Source: Patescibacteria group bacterium
GTDB lineage: Bacteria; Patescibacteriota; Patescibacteriia; UBA1558; GWA2-36-10
Direction of reading: 5' to 3'
NCBI GenBank assembly: GCA_018819405.1
Contig: JAHJQF010000001.1
Coordinates: 513,377-577,376 of the forward strand
Length of the DNA: 64,000 bases
Positions 39,446 through 48,435 of the stretch are shown one piece after another (position 1 is the stretch's first letter; the number at the start of each line of letters is the position of its first letter). The notes beneath the pieces were generated by a model. The model was not told where the DNA came from and did no database searches. It saw only the letters and a list, made by a program, of their open reading frames with translations. The translations under genes and the position numbers were made by a program.

Positions 39446-40453
39446 ATGGTAAAAAAGAAAATTCGTGTCGCTATCAATGGTTTTGGCCGTATTGGTCGGG
39501 CGGCTTTTAAGATTATATTATCTAGCAACAAATATGAAGTAGTAGCTATAAATGATTTGGCCTCAGCCGAGAGTTTGGCCTACCTTCTCAAATACGATAC
39601 AGTCTATGGGCGATATGATAAAAAAGTTTTAGCCAAGGGTAATGATATTTATGTAAATGGTAAAAAATATCAGATTACAGCCGAACCTGAACCAAAAAAA
39701 TTACCATGGAAAAAGATGAGAATTGATGTAGTATTGGAATGCACCGGGCGTTTTGTCAAAGATGGATTAGCAGCTGATCATATCAAAGCGGGTGCCAAAA
39801 AAGTGATTATCTCAGCACCGGCCAAAGGTGGAGGAGTGGATACATTCCTTTTGGGCGTCAATGAAAATAATTACAAAAATCAAAAAGTCATTTCCAATGC
39901 CTCTTGTACGACCAATTGTATTGCCCCAGTCGCTCAGATTATGGTCAGCAAATTTGGTGTGGAAAAAGCCATGATGACTACAATTCATTCATATACTGCC
40001 GATCAGAGCTTGGTTGATTCTCCACACAAAAAAGATGTGCGCCGAGGCAGAAGTGCTGCCCAAAATATTGTCCCGACTTCCACTGGTGCGGCAATTGCCA
40101 CTGGTCTAGTTGTGCCAGAACTAGCGGGTCTTTTTGATGGTCTGTCACTGCGTGTGCCAACACCTGTTGTTTCACTTTCAGATTTTACTTTTGTGCTCAA
40201 AAAAAATGTCACTGTCAAGCAGGTCAATGATGCTTTGACCAAGGCTAGTCAGTCCAAGCAGTACAAAGGCATACTGGGCGTGACTGATGAGCCAGTTGTT
40301 TCTTCTGATTTTATAGGGGACAAGCGTTCATCTATAGTGGATCTCAATCTTACTCAGGTAGTAGGTGGCAATATGGTCAAAGTAATTGCCTGGTATGACA
40401 ACGAATGGGGATACTCCAATCGTTTGGTAGAAATGATAGGTCAAATGAAATAA
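39446..40453 (+). CDS. gap: glyceraldehyde-3-phosphate dehydrogenase
   Basis: INGFGRIGR NAD motif and the catalytic SCTTNC. Confidence 0.9.
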   Translation: MVKKKIRVAINGFGRIGRAAFKIILSSNKYEVVAINDLASAESLAYLLKYDTVYGRYDKKVLAKGNDIYVNGKKYQITAEPEPKKLPWKKMRIDVVLECTGRFVKDGLAADHIKAGAKKVIISAPAKGGGVDTFLLGVNENNYKNQKVISNASCTTNCIAPVAQIMVSKFGVEKAMMTTIHSYTADQSLVDSPHKKDVRRGRSAAQNIVPTSTGAAIATGLVVPELAGLFDGLSLRVPTPVVSLSDFTFVLKKNVTVKQVNDALTKASQSKQYKGILGVTDEPVVSSDFIGDKRSSIVDLNLTQVVGGNMVKVIAWYDNEWGYSNRLVEMIGQMK

Positions 40454-40545
40454 TCAAAAAAACCGGTCCAAAGATGGGCTGGTTTTTAGTATATAGACAA
40501 AAGTATATTTTCTAGATACAATAAAATGACCGAAATATAAGAAAT

Positions 40546-41928
40546 ATGGATATTTATTTATACAACAGTTTACACAAAAAAAAGGAAAAATTTGAGCCAA
40601 TCGCCAAGAAAAAGCTCGGTCTTTATACTTGCGGTCCGACTGTTTATGATTATCCACATATTGGCAACTTGGCAGCCTATGTTATCTGGGACATTTGGAA
40701 GCGCTTATTTATTTCTCAAGGTTACAAGGTAAAACATATTATGAATGTCACTGATGTTGGACATTTGACATCAGATGCCGATGATGGTGAAGACAAGATG
40801 GAAAAAGCTAAGCGTCAGTCAGGCAAATCAGCCTGGCAAATTGCTGATTTTTTCTTCAAGGTTTTTCGCAACAATCTCCACAACCTAAACATCTTTGAGC
40901 CGGACAAATTTTTGCGAGCAACTGAGACTATCAAAGAACAGATTGCCTTTGCCAAAATTTTGGATGAAAAGGGATATTTGTATAAGATTTCAGATGGTAT
41001 GTATTTTGATACTTCCAAGATTAGTGACTACGGAGTATTGGCTAATTTGCAAGACGTAGATTTGCAAGAAGGGGCTAGAGTAGAAAAAAATAATGAAAAG
41101 AAAAATCCGACTGATTTTGCGGTCTGGAAGTTTTCTCCAGAGGATAAAACTCGTGATATGGAATGGGAGTCTCCTTGGGGACTAGGATTTCCAGGTTGGC
41201 ATTTGGAATGTTCGGTCATGAGTCAGATAGAACTAGGAGATACTTTTGATATACACACTGGTGGTATGGATCATCTTACTGTCCATCATCCCAATGAAAT
41301 GGCACAATCGGAAGCAGTGACTGGTAAGTTGCAAGCTAATTATTGGCTACACAATGCTTTTGTAAAATATGAAGGCGGCAAAATTTCCAAATCCAAAGGC
41401 AGCTTTTTTACTCTTGAAGATTTGAAAGCCAAGGGATTCTCGCCAATGTATTTTCGTTATCTTATTTTGCAAAACAATTATCGTACTCCACTCAATTTTT
41501 CTTGGGAATCTTTGCTAGCCGCCAAAAATGGATTATTAAATATTATAAAAGAAATAGCTTATTATCCAAAACCAAAAAAAGCTGACAAGCAGATATTGGA
41601 GGATTTTTATCATTCTTTGTCTGATGATCTCAATACTGCCAAAGGATTGGCTATATTACAAAGTGTGATTGACTCAGATATGGATGATGGCCAGAAGCTG
41701 GCTACTATTTATAAGATGGACGAAGTTTTGGGCTTGTCTTTGGAAAACTTGTCAGCCAAAGCGCTAGATATTCCCGATGACGCTTTGATTATTTTGTCCG
41801 AGCGTCAAAAAGCACGGGAGGAAAAAAATTGGGAGTTATCTGACAAATTGAGAGATAAGTTGTTATTATTGGGTATAGAAGTCAAAGATAGTCCAGAGGG
41901 TCAAAAACCATTATATTTGAATTTATAA
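40546..41928 (+). CDS. cysS: cysteine--tRNA ligase
   Basis: HIGN (HIGH-type) and KISKSKG (KMSKS) motifs. 460 aa. Confidence 0.9.
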   Translation: MDIYLYNSLHKKKEKFEPIAKKKLGLYTCGPTVYDYPHIGNLAAYVIWDIWKRLFISQGYKVKHIMNVTDVGHLTSDADDGEDKMEKAKRQSGKSAWQIADFFFKVFRNNLHNLNIFEPDKFLRATETIKEQIAFAKILDEKGYLYKISDGMYFDTSKISDYGVLANLQDVDLQEGARVEKNNEKKNPTDFAVWKFSPEDKTRDMEWESPWGLGFPGWHLECSVMSQIELGDTFDIHTGGMDHLTVHHPNEMAQSEAVTGKLQANYWLHNAFVKYEGGKISKSKGSFFTLEDLKAKGFSPMYFRYLILQNNYRTPLNFSWESLLAAKNGLLNIIKEIAYYPKPKKADKQILEDFYHSLSDDLNTAKGLAILQSVIDSDMDDGQKLATIYKMDEVLGLSLENLSAKALDIPDDALIILSERQKAREEKNWELSDKLRDKLLLLGIEVKDSPEGQKPLYLNL

Positions 41929-41940
41929 GTATTTTTGTTG

Positions 41941-41968
41941 AGGCAGCCTTTTTAGGCTGTTTTTTTGT
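41941..41968 (+). terminator. rho-independent terminator
   Basis: cagcc ttttt aggctg followed by ttttttt. Confidence 0.7.
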
Positions 41969-41974
41969 TGGGTC

Positions 41975-42004
41975 TTGACAACAGCCAAATATGTGCTATG
42001 ATAA
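41975..42004 (+). promoter_or_regulatory. sigma70-like promoter of the tRNA cluster
   Basis: TTGACA, an 18-bp spacer, then GATAAT (TATGATAAT). Confidence 0.5.
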
Positions 42005-42055
42005 TTTTTACGCTTAATAAAAGGGTATGTTTTTTTGAGAAGTCACCGTATAGGT

Positions 42056-42130
42056 GGGCTGGTAGCTCAGTGTTAGAGCGCCTGTCTGGCAGACAGGAGG
42101 ACAGGGGTTCAAGTCCCCTCCAGTCCACCA
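42056..42130 (+). tRNA. tRNA-Ala (anticodon GGC)
   Basis: Clover-leaf with a G3:U70 pair, anticodon loop CUGGCAG, T-loop GGTTCAAGTCC and an encoded CCA. Confidence 0.85.
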
Positions 42131-42380
42131 CTGTTTCGGGTACCGTGCTCTTTTGGGAGCGAGTCGGCAAGGCTAACTGGCGAGAAGGTCTTGCGCAAAA
42201 AGACTGGGAAAAAGTGGATTCCCCGGTACCCGATGATTTTTCTTGCCTCACAACGAGGTGTCGCTCCTTTGGGAGGATTTTTAGCCGGGGTTTACGAGTC
42301 CCTAGGCTGACAATCGAGGCATTGGGCGCCTCCGACACCTTGTTGAAGCTTTGTACTTTTTTACATAATGCACTTTTGTG
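42131..42380 (+). ncRNA. structured RNA candidate between tRNAs (unknown class)
   Basis: About 50% GC. Long-range helices CGGGTACCG/CGGTACCCG and AGGTGTCG/CGACACCT enclose multiple local hairpins. Co-transcribed with the tRNAs between the promoter at 41975 and the terminator at 42692. No match to tmRNA, SRP or RNase P motifs that I can verify by eye. Confidence 0.3.
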
Positions 42381-42381
42381 C

Positions 42382-42453
42382 CCCCCGTTGGTCCAATTGG
42401 ACAGGACACCTGCCAGTCAGGTAATATAGGTTCAAATCCTATACGGGGTACCA
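42382..42453 (+). tRNA. degenerate tRNA-like element (T-arm + acceptor + CCA, abnormal D/anticodon arms)
   Basis: Good T-arm ATAGG-TTCAAAT-CCTAT and a 3' acceptor ACGGGGT-A-CCA. The D region is the perfect palindrome GTCCAATTGGAC and the anticodon arm folds with a 5-nt loop. Either a tRNA pseudogene or an unusual tRNA. Confidence 0.3.
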
Positions 42454-42464
42454 CAATTTCGGTC

Positions 42465-42540
42465 GCGGGTTTAGCTCAGTTGGCTAGAGCACTTCACTTG
42501 AAATGGAGTCGCACAGGTTCGAATCCTGTAGCCCGCGCCA
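42465..42540 (+). tRNA. tRNA, 76 nt, anticodon loop CUUGAAA (anticodon UGA; isotype uncertain)
   Basis: Perfect clover-leaf (7/4/5/5-bp stems, D-loop AGTTGGCTA, T-loop TTCGAAT, CCA encoded). The anticodon reads UGA (Ser codon UCA) but the variable arm is only 4 nt, so it is not a canonical tRNA-Ser. Confidence 0.6.
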
Positions 42541-42633
42541 CACTATCGTCTGGGGAGACATCAATCGGACAGAGCGCTCCGTTCGTTCGGAAAGCGTTGT
42601 CGGTTCGAGTCTGACAGTGTCCTTCTCAGCGAT

Positions 42634-42692
42634 GGGGAGGGGGTTGAGTCTTGCGCTTGTGGCAAGACAATTCCCCCTCCTTTTTCTTTTTG
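42634..42692 (+). terminator. rho-independent terminator of the tRNA cluster
   Basis: ggggaggggg...ccccctcc with a nested gtcttgc/gcaagac hairpin, followed by tttttctttttg. Confidence 0.7.
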
Positions 42693-42789
42693 TTTAAAAA
42701 ATAAAATCATTGACAAAAACCCTTAAAATTACTATATTAAATTATACGACGGCGCATATTTGCTGACGGCTAAAATTTTTTTTATAAAT

Positions 42790-42861
42790 CCCGTTAGAAA
42801 TTCACGAGATTTTATCGGGAGATAGTAAATAAAAAATAATTTAACTATAATTTCTAACGGG
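42790..42861. repeat. palindromic element (TIR CCCGTTAGAAATT / AATTTCTAACGGG)
   Basis: Near-identical to the copy at 58361-58439, including the shared 31-mer taatttaactataatttctaacgggatgaat. The right end supplies the ATG of the gene at 42862. Confidence 0.75.
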
Positions 42862-44259
42862 ATGAATTTATCAACATTATTATTACTTTTGGTATATATA
42901 GTAAACGTAGGTCTTTTAGTATATGTTTTGTTTTCCAAAAATAAAAAAAAAGGCTGGCCGTTTTTTTGGATGTTGCTTTTGTTGATTTTATGGCAGAGTA
43001 CAGAATTATTTAGTATTATATATTTTGTTGACAAAGGAGAAACCCTTCTTCTTTTTGCTGTCAGAGCCGGGCTTTTGCCGACTCTTTATCTAGCGCCAGC
43101 TTTTTTGTGGCTGGTTTTTTCTTTGTTTGATAAATGGCAGACTTTCAAACCATGGCGCAAATTTTTGTATTTTCTACCGGCTATTATTATGTCGCCTTTT
43201 GCGTTTACAGATTTTAATACCAGTCAGGTAGTATTTGAGGATGAGAGGATATATTATGTTGGCGGGCCGATTTATTGGTTTTTTGCTGCCTACTTTATCA
43301 TATTGATGAGTTATGGCATGTATTTTTTGATCAAAAACAGAAAACAAGCCAAGGCTATAGTCAGGCGGCAAATAGATTATATTTTTATAGGGACTTTTTT
43401 GACAGCTGCTTGCGGATTGATATTTAACATATTATTGCCAATATTTGGTCTGAACAACTTATATTATCTGGGTGTAAATAGCACTATATTTTTTACAGCT
43501 ATTCTTACTTATGCACTTTTTAGGTATAGATTCTTTGATTTGTATATTTCTTTTTATCGTTTACTGATTGATTTTGTGCGTTTATTTTTTACAGGTTTGA
43601 TCTTTTATATTCTTTATATTTTGCTTTTTGATGTAGCAGATTTGGATTTTTCAGTGACTAGCAATGTCTTGTTGTTTTTGGTTATGATTGCTCTAGTTGG
43701 GCCATTTTTGTTTCGCTTGATAAATAAATTTTTTGTAGCTTATCTGGTCTATCCGGAAAATGACATCAAAAATTCAGAAAACAAAATTGCCGATATTTTG
43801 CGCTCCAGTCGTGATCTGGATGTTTTATTTTCACGTTTGGCTAGAGAGATAAGTAAAATAGTGGACTATCAGGACATTTATTTTTTTCTTTCCAAAAGAA
43901 AAAATGTCGATATGTTTTATCAGGTATTTCCGGTAGGCGAGAGACTGATGAGCAAGACAAATAGTGAGATGCTTTCTTATCTTGCTCGCAAACGAGAAGT
44001 TATAAATAAGGCAGAATTAGAATATATAGGCGCTGAGAAAAGCCTGCTGTCAGAATTGTCCGAAAAGCAAGTAGATCTGGTGTTGCCCATTTTTTATAAT
44101 CGTCAGCTTTTGGGAGCAATACTTATAAATAACAACAATGGTCTGGTATCTATCCAAAAAATACATTTTCTAAAACAGCTAAATAAATATCTAGACATTG
44201 CTATTGGTAGTCTGCTCTTGCATCAACAGGATATGGCGGAAAACAGTCCAAAAGTTTAA
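42862..44259 (+). CDS. 7TM membrane sensor protein (His-kinase-type 7TM N-domain + cytoplasmic domain)
   Basis: 465 aa. The N-terminal multi-TM region is similar to those of 44353, 45048 and the kinase at 51398. The C-terminal soluble domain may be GAF-like. Confidence 0.5.
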   Translation: MNLSTLLLLLVYIVNVGLLVYVLFSKNKKKGWPFFWMLLLLILWQSTELFSIIYFVDKGETLLLFAVRAGLLPTLYLAPAFLWLVFSLFDKWQTFKPWRKFLYFLPAIIMSPFAFTDFNTSQVVFEDERIYYVGGPIYWFFAAYFIILMSYGMYFLIKNRKQAKAIVRRQIDYIFIGTFLTAACGLIFNILLPIFGLNNLYYLGVNSTIFFTAILTYALFRYRFFDLYISFYRLLIDFVRLFFTGLIFYILYILLFDVADLDFSVTSNVLLFLVMIALVGPFLFRLINKFFVAYLVYPENDIKNSENKIADILRSSRDLDVLFSRLAREISKIVDYQDIYFFLSKRKNVDMFYQVFPVGERLMSKTNSEMLSYLARKREVINKAELEYIGAEKSLLSELSEKQVDLVLPIFYNRQLLGAILINNNNGLVSIQKIHFLKQLNKYLDIAIGSLLLHQQDMAENSPKV

Positions 44260-44352
44260 AGTTGAAAAGTATTAACATATAAAATTTGCGTAATTTTTAA
44301 TAATATGGTTATATAATTTGTTCAACTTTTAATTTTTTAACTTACTAACGGG

Positions 44353-45042
44353 ATGAGTATTCAAAACATTTTTCTCTTGATAGCCGCTATAGTCAATTTG
44401 CTTATGAGTATTGTTGTTTTTTCTCGCGGTATAAAAAACAAGGTAAACTTATATTTTGGCTTGCTGACTTTTTTTAATTTTTTATGGGCGCTTGGGCTGA
44501 TATTGGTGAATTTGGCTATTAGCTATGAGTTTACTAGATTTTTTGCCAGTTTTGTTTATCCGGTGGCCTTGATGGTAGTAGTTAGTCTTTATTATTTTAT
44601 TGTTTATTTCCCTTATAAAACTTTTGAATTGCCCAAGCTTTATAAAAATTTAATTACTTTTTTTGTGGGTCTAGTCACTTTATTTTGTATAGGAGCCTAT
44701 AAGATTTTTGTCCAAGATGTTTCTTTTAATCAAGGTGTTACGATTTTTTATGAAATGTGGAGCTATACATCTTATAGTATTTTGTTGGTTATATTAATGA
44801 TTCTTGGTATAGCTGTTTTATTTTCAAAGATTAAAAAAGCCGAGGGTATTTTTAAAGTGCAATTAAAATTAATTTTAATCGCGGTTATTATTGGTACAGC
44901 AGTTGGGAGTTATTCCAATTTATTTATGATGTATTTTTATAATTGTCAGTATAATCACCTAGGTCCTTTATTTACTTTATTTATCAACTTTGTAGTTTTT
45001 TATTTTATATTTTTTAGTCAAAAATCTAAACAGCTATCATAA
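44353..45042 (+). CDS. 7TM membrane protein, paralog A
   Basis: The N-terminus IAAIVNLLMSIVVFSRGIKNKVNLYFGLLTFFNFLWALGL is about 80% identical to the next gene over 50 aa. Confidence 0.5.
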   Translation: MSIQNIFLLIAAIVNLLMSIVVFSRGIKNKVNLYFGLLTFFNFLWALGLILVNLAISYEFTRFFASFVYPVALMVVVSLYYFIVYFPYKTFELPKLYKNLITFFVGLVTLFCIGAYKIFVQDVSFNQGVTIFYEMWSYTSYSILLVILMILGIAVLFSKIKKAEGIFKVQLKLILIAVIIGTAVGSYSNLFMMYFYNCQYNHLGPLFTLFINFVVFYFIFFSQKSKQLS

Positions 45043-45047
45043 ATACT

Positions 45048-45743
45048 ATGGTGATCACAACTTTACAATTACAAAATTTAACTTTGTTAATTGCGGCTAT
45101 CATAAATATAGTCATGAGTATATTTGTGTTGTCGCGCGGGCTTAAAAACAAAGTAAATTTATATTTTGGTCTGCTGACTTTTTTTAATTTTTTGTGGGCT
45201 TTGGGATTATTTTTGTCTAGGATTTTAGTGGATGATTTTACCGCTCAATTGCTTTATAGAACAGCGTATTTTGCCGCTATTTGGATAGCCGTATTTTTAT
45301 TTTATTTTACTCTAAATTTTCCTTATAAAATTAAGGATTTAAATAAGTATTATAGGTACTTTATTTGGTTTTTTTCGATATTAATATCTATACTAATTTA
45401 TACTAAATTTCATATAATTAGTTTTGAAAGAAGTGCAAACTTGGCAAATTGGTTTATGAATTATTATAAGCCATTTTACATAATTTATAGTATCTTCTTC
45501 TTTGTTTTAGTTTTGTTTGCAATTTATTTTTTAGTAGACAAGCTAGATAAAATAGAGGGATTTTTAAAGGATAAGATTAAGATATTATTATTTACCATAA
45601 TAATGGGCTTGATATTTGGCTCTTATTTCAATTTAATATTATGTTATTTCCAAAATTGGGATTATATATGGTTTGGGCCAATATTTACGGCTTTTATGAA
45701 TATTTATGTTTTTAGATTAATCAGCCTTTCCAAAGAAAGATAA
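45048..45743 (+). CDS. 7TM membrane protein, paralog B
   Basis: Tandem paralog of 44353. IAAIINIVMSIFVLSRGLKNKVNLYFGLLTFFNFLWALGL. Confidence 0.5.
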   Translation: MVITTLQLQNLTLLIAAIINIVMSIFVLSRGLKNKVNLYFGLLTFFNFLWALGLFLSRILVDDFTAQLLYRTAYFAAIWIAVFLFYFTLNFPYKIKDLNKYYRYFIWFFSILISILIYTKFHIISFERSANLANWFMNYYKPFYIIYSIFFFVLVLFAIYFLVDKLDKIEGFLKDKIKILLFTIIMGLIFGSYFNLILCYFQNWDYIWFGPIFTAFMNIYVFRLISLSKER

Positions 45744-45749
45744 TTTTTT

Positions 45750-46742
45750 ATGGCCAAAGCAAATAAAAAAATATATTTACTCTTAGCTGGCGGTACTTGT
45801 ATTTTGGATAAAGATAGCCGTATTTTTGCAATTAATGAAAAAAAAGACATTGATTATTGGTTTGATTTAATGCCAGAGCTGCGTATTTTGGCTGACATAG
45901 AAACAGTTTTGATTTCTAGCGAAGACCAAGTAGTAGACACTAGTGTCTGGCAGAAAATTGCCAAGAGTATTGTAGACAGAGAAAAATCAGCCGATGGTTT
46001 TGTAGTAGTGACAAAAATAGACCAACTTGTCAACACCTCTTTAGCAATTAATTTTTTGTTGCAGAATTTTAAAAAGTCTATTATTTTTACCAGTTCCCAA
46101 GTCAGCGGCAGTAGTTTTGTAGACAAAAAAGAAGTAATAAATAAACTAAAATCAAAACACGGTGGGTTAGGCCTAAGGACCAATTTGATAAACGCTATTC
46201 AAATTGCTTGTGAGCCTCTTCCACAGACAGCTGTTTTGTTTGGTACTAGGTTAATCGCTTCTACCAAAGCAATAGTAGATCTTCAGGATAGTATAAACAA
46301 TTTTATCAGTGTGGAAGGTAATTATTTAGCCAAAATTGATTTTGGTATAAATTTGAAATCGGGACTCAAATATTCCACCAAAAAAACAGAGATTTATCCC
46401 AGTATGTCAGCCAAAGTTTTGGCAATCTATGATATCCCAGGTATTGATTGGCAGTTTGAGCAAACTGATATGGCTAAATACGACGGGCTATTTATCAAAA
46501 TATCTCCCTTTCAAAACCTTGAAAATGTCAAAATAAAAAAAATAAATAATTGGAAAATACCGACAGTAATTTTTAATTCACGATATGTACCAGTTGTAAA
46601 AGGAGCGGTATCTGTATCAGGTTGTACTTTTAACTCAGCTCTTATCAAAACTATTTGGGCCTTGTCAAACAAAAAGAAACTACCAGATTTTGAAAATGTG
46701 ATGAAGCAAAATATAATTGGTGAGTTTAATTCACCCCGTTAA
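45750..46742 (+). CDS. asparaginase/glutaminase-family protein (putative)
   Basis: N-terminal IYLLLAGGTCIL resembles the TGGTIAG threonine motif of L-asparaginases. About 330 aa. The C-terminal SPR* is encoded by the palindromic element. Confidence 0.4.
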   Translation: MAKANKKIYLLLAGGTCILDKDSRIFAINEKKDIDYWFDLMPELRILADIETVLISSEDQVVDTSVWQKIAKSIVDREKSADGFVVVTKIDQLVNTSLAINFLLQNFKKSIIFTSSQVSGSSFVDKKEVINKLKSKHGGLGLRTNLINAIQIACEPLPQTAVLFGTRLIASTKAIVDLQDSINNFISVEGNYLAKIDFGINLKSGLKYSTKKTEIYPSMSAKVLAIYDIPGIDWQFEQTDMAKYDGLFIKISPFQNLENVKIKKINNWKIPTVIFNSRYVPVVKGAVSVSGCTFNSALIKTIWALSNKKKLPDFENVMKQNIIGEFNSPR

Positions 46743-46760
46743 ATAAATTTAAATCATAAT

Positions 46761-47018
46761 ATGAATCATTATGTATATATATTAAAAAGTAAGAAAGATA
46801 ATAACTTCTATGTAGGTTATACTAAAGATTTAAATTTAAGATTTAAGCAACACCAAGAAGCTAAAGTAGAATCAACTAAAAACAGAAGACCATTAAATTT
46901 GATATATTATGAATGTTGTTTAAATCAACAAGATGCTACTAAGAGAGAAAAATATTTAAAAACATATCTTGGTAGATATTATATCAAGAAAAGGCTTAAA
47001 TCTTATTTAACGGGGTAA
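46761..47018 (+). CDS. GIY-YIG nuclease family protein (85 aa)
   Basis: YVYILKS...NFYVGYTKDLNLRFKQH is a GIY-YIG motif. The gene is flanked by CCCCGTTAAAT (46736-46746) and ATTTAACGGGG (47005-47015), and its stop lies in the right repeat. Confidence 0.7.
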   Translation: MNHYVYILKSKKDNNFYVGYTKDLNLRFKQHQEAKVESTKNRRPLNLIYYECCLNQQDATKREKYLKTYLGRYYIKKRLKSYLTG

Positions 47019-47020
47019 AT

Positions 47021-47581
47021 ATGAAAATTTATTTTTATACCAATCAGGAGCTAAATAACACTGACGCCAAAGAAATTATCAATCACTTGAGGCGGGCAGA
47101 TATTGAGGTCATTAGTAGCTTGAGTAGCTCTTCAGATACGCAACTTGAAAGAGTGGATGCTTTTGTTTTTCAGGGACAAAAATTTGATACTAAGGCTGGA
47201 TATTTGACAGCTCTAGCTTTGGCGCAGAGCAAAGAGGTGCTTTGTCTTTTGCCTAGTGGTAGCAAAATTGATAGCTCGTTGGCCAGCCTGAGAGATAATA
47301 GGAATTTGGCCAAGCATTTATTGGTAGAATTTTATACTGATAGTGACTTGTCAGATAAACTGGAAAAATTTTTGACCAAATTGGACAAAAAAACTATCCG
47401 GGATTTGTTTAATATCAAATATACTTTGAGAGTATCGGGCAAGATAAATGATTATCTCAATTGGAAAGCCAGAGAAAAATCTGTCAAAAAAGCCGACTGG
47501 ATAAGGGACAACATACAGGATTTGATGAAAAATGATGAGAAATATCAGGATTTTTTAAAAAATAAATTTAAGGCTGGCTAA
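47021..47581 (+). CDS. hypothetical protein (possible nucleoside 2-deoxyribosyltransferase-like N-domain)
   Basis: ADIEVIS...DAFVFQGQKFDTKAGYLTALALAQSKEVLCLLP loosely resembles the NDT/Rcl fold. Low confidence. Confidence 0.3.
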   Translation: MKIYFYTNQELNNTDAKEIINHLRRADIEVISSLSSSSDTQLERVDAFVFQGQKFDTKAGYLTALALAQSKEVLCLLPSGSKIDSSLASLRDNRNLAKHLLVEFYTDSDLSDKLEKFLTKLDKKTIRDLFNIKYTLRVSGKINDYLNWKAREKSVKKADWIRDNIQDLMKNDEKYQDFLKNKFKAG

Positions 47582-47586
47582 AAAAG

Positions 47587-48387
47587 ATGACTAAAAATGA
47601 AGTCAAAAAAACTTTTTTTGAAGTACCGGAAGTGGTCAAAGATGCCTTGCCCTTTCGTATTGAATCCGGCAATGAGACTTTGGCCATAATTACTCACGGC
47701 TTTACCAGCTCGCCATATCATTTGCGTCATTTGGCTGAGTATTTGGCCGAGCGCGGTATAGACGTGGAGACTATTCTTTTGGCCGGCCATGGATCTTCCG
47801 AGCAGGCTTTGGAAAAAACCAGTCATCATGATTGGCTTGATTCGGTAGAAAGTGTCTTATTGAAAAATCTGGATAAATACAAAAAAATCTATATGATAGG
47901 TCATTCTTTGGGAGCCAATATTTCAATTTGTTTGTCGGTCAAATATCCTCAGATAAAAGGCATTGTATCTTTGGGAGCATCTATATATTTGCGCGGTGAA
48001 TTTTGGCAAAGATTTTTTTTGCCCTGGTACAAGTTTTTTGGTATAAAAAAATTGAAAAAAATGTGGCTCAAGCCAGAAGAAGCTGAGCTCATAATAAAAA
48101 GGGGAGGGAGAACCAATATCCCTATAAAATCAGTTGATCAGCTTTATAAGTTTATTGATACCCATACAAAAAAAGAAATAGCGCAGGCTACAGCGCCGAT
48201 ACTCATCGTTCATTCTCGGTACGACAAGGTGTCTCACCCTTATAGCTCTCAGTTTTTGTTTGAAAATATTGCCAGTCAGGACAAGGAGTTGTTTATTTTG
48301 GACAAAAGCGACCATGGTCTTCTCCAGAGTACTAGACGAGATTTTTTGTTCAAAAAAATAGTAAATTTTATAGGTAATCATAATTAA
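47587..48387 (+). CDS. alpha/beta hydrolase (esterase/lipase)
   Basis: GHSLGA nucleophile elbow. The HG..S..L fold runs over 266 aa. Confidence 0.7.
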   Translation: MTKNEVKKTFFEVPEVVKDALPFRIESGNETLAIITHGFTSSPYHLRHLAEYLAERGIDVETILLAGHGSSEQALEKTSHHDWLDSVESVLLKNLDKYKKIYMIGHSLGANISICLSVKYPQIKGIVSLGASIYLRGEFWQRFFLPWYKFFGIKKLKKMWLKPEEAELIIKRGGRTNIPIKSVDQLYKFIDTHTKKEIAQATAPILIVHSRYDKVSHPYSSQFLFENIASQDKELFILDKSDHGLLQSTRRDFLFKKIVNFIGNHN

Positions 48388-48435
48388 TATTTATTTTTAA
48401 AAAAGCGTTTTTTGTGGTAAAATATAATAACAAAT

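Noticed and set aside
41952-42429. ORFs of 128 and 154 aa on both strands across the tRNA cluster
   Set aside because: They overlap tRNA-Ala and the structured spacer. No ribosome-binding site. Translations are low-complexity. The region is better explained as RNA.
42131-42453. tmRNA hypothesis for the structured spacer plus the tRNA-like 3' end
   Set aside because: The acceptor helix lacks the G3:U70 Ala identity pair. No 5' partner for the 3' acceptor strand was found. No plausible tag-peptide reading frame ends in a hydrophobic ALAA-like sequence.
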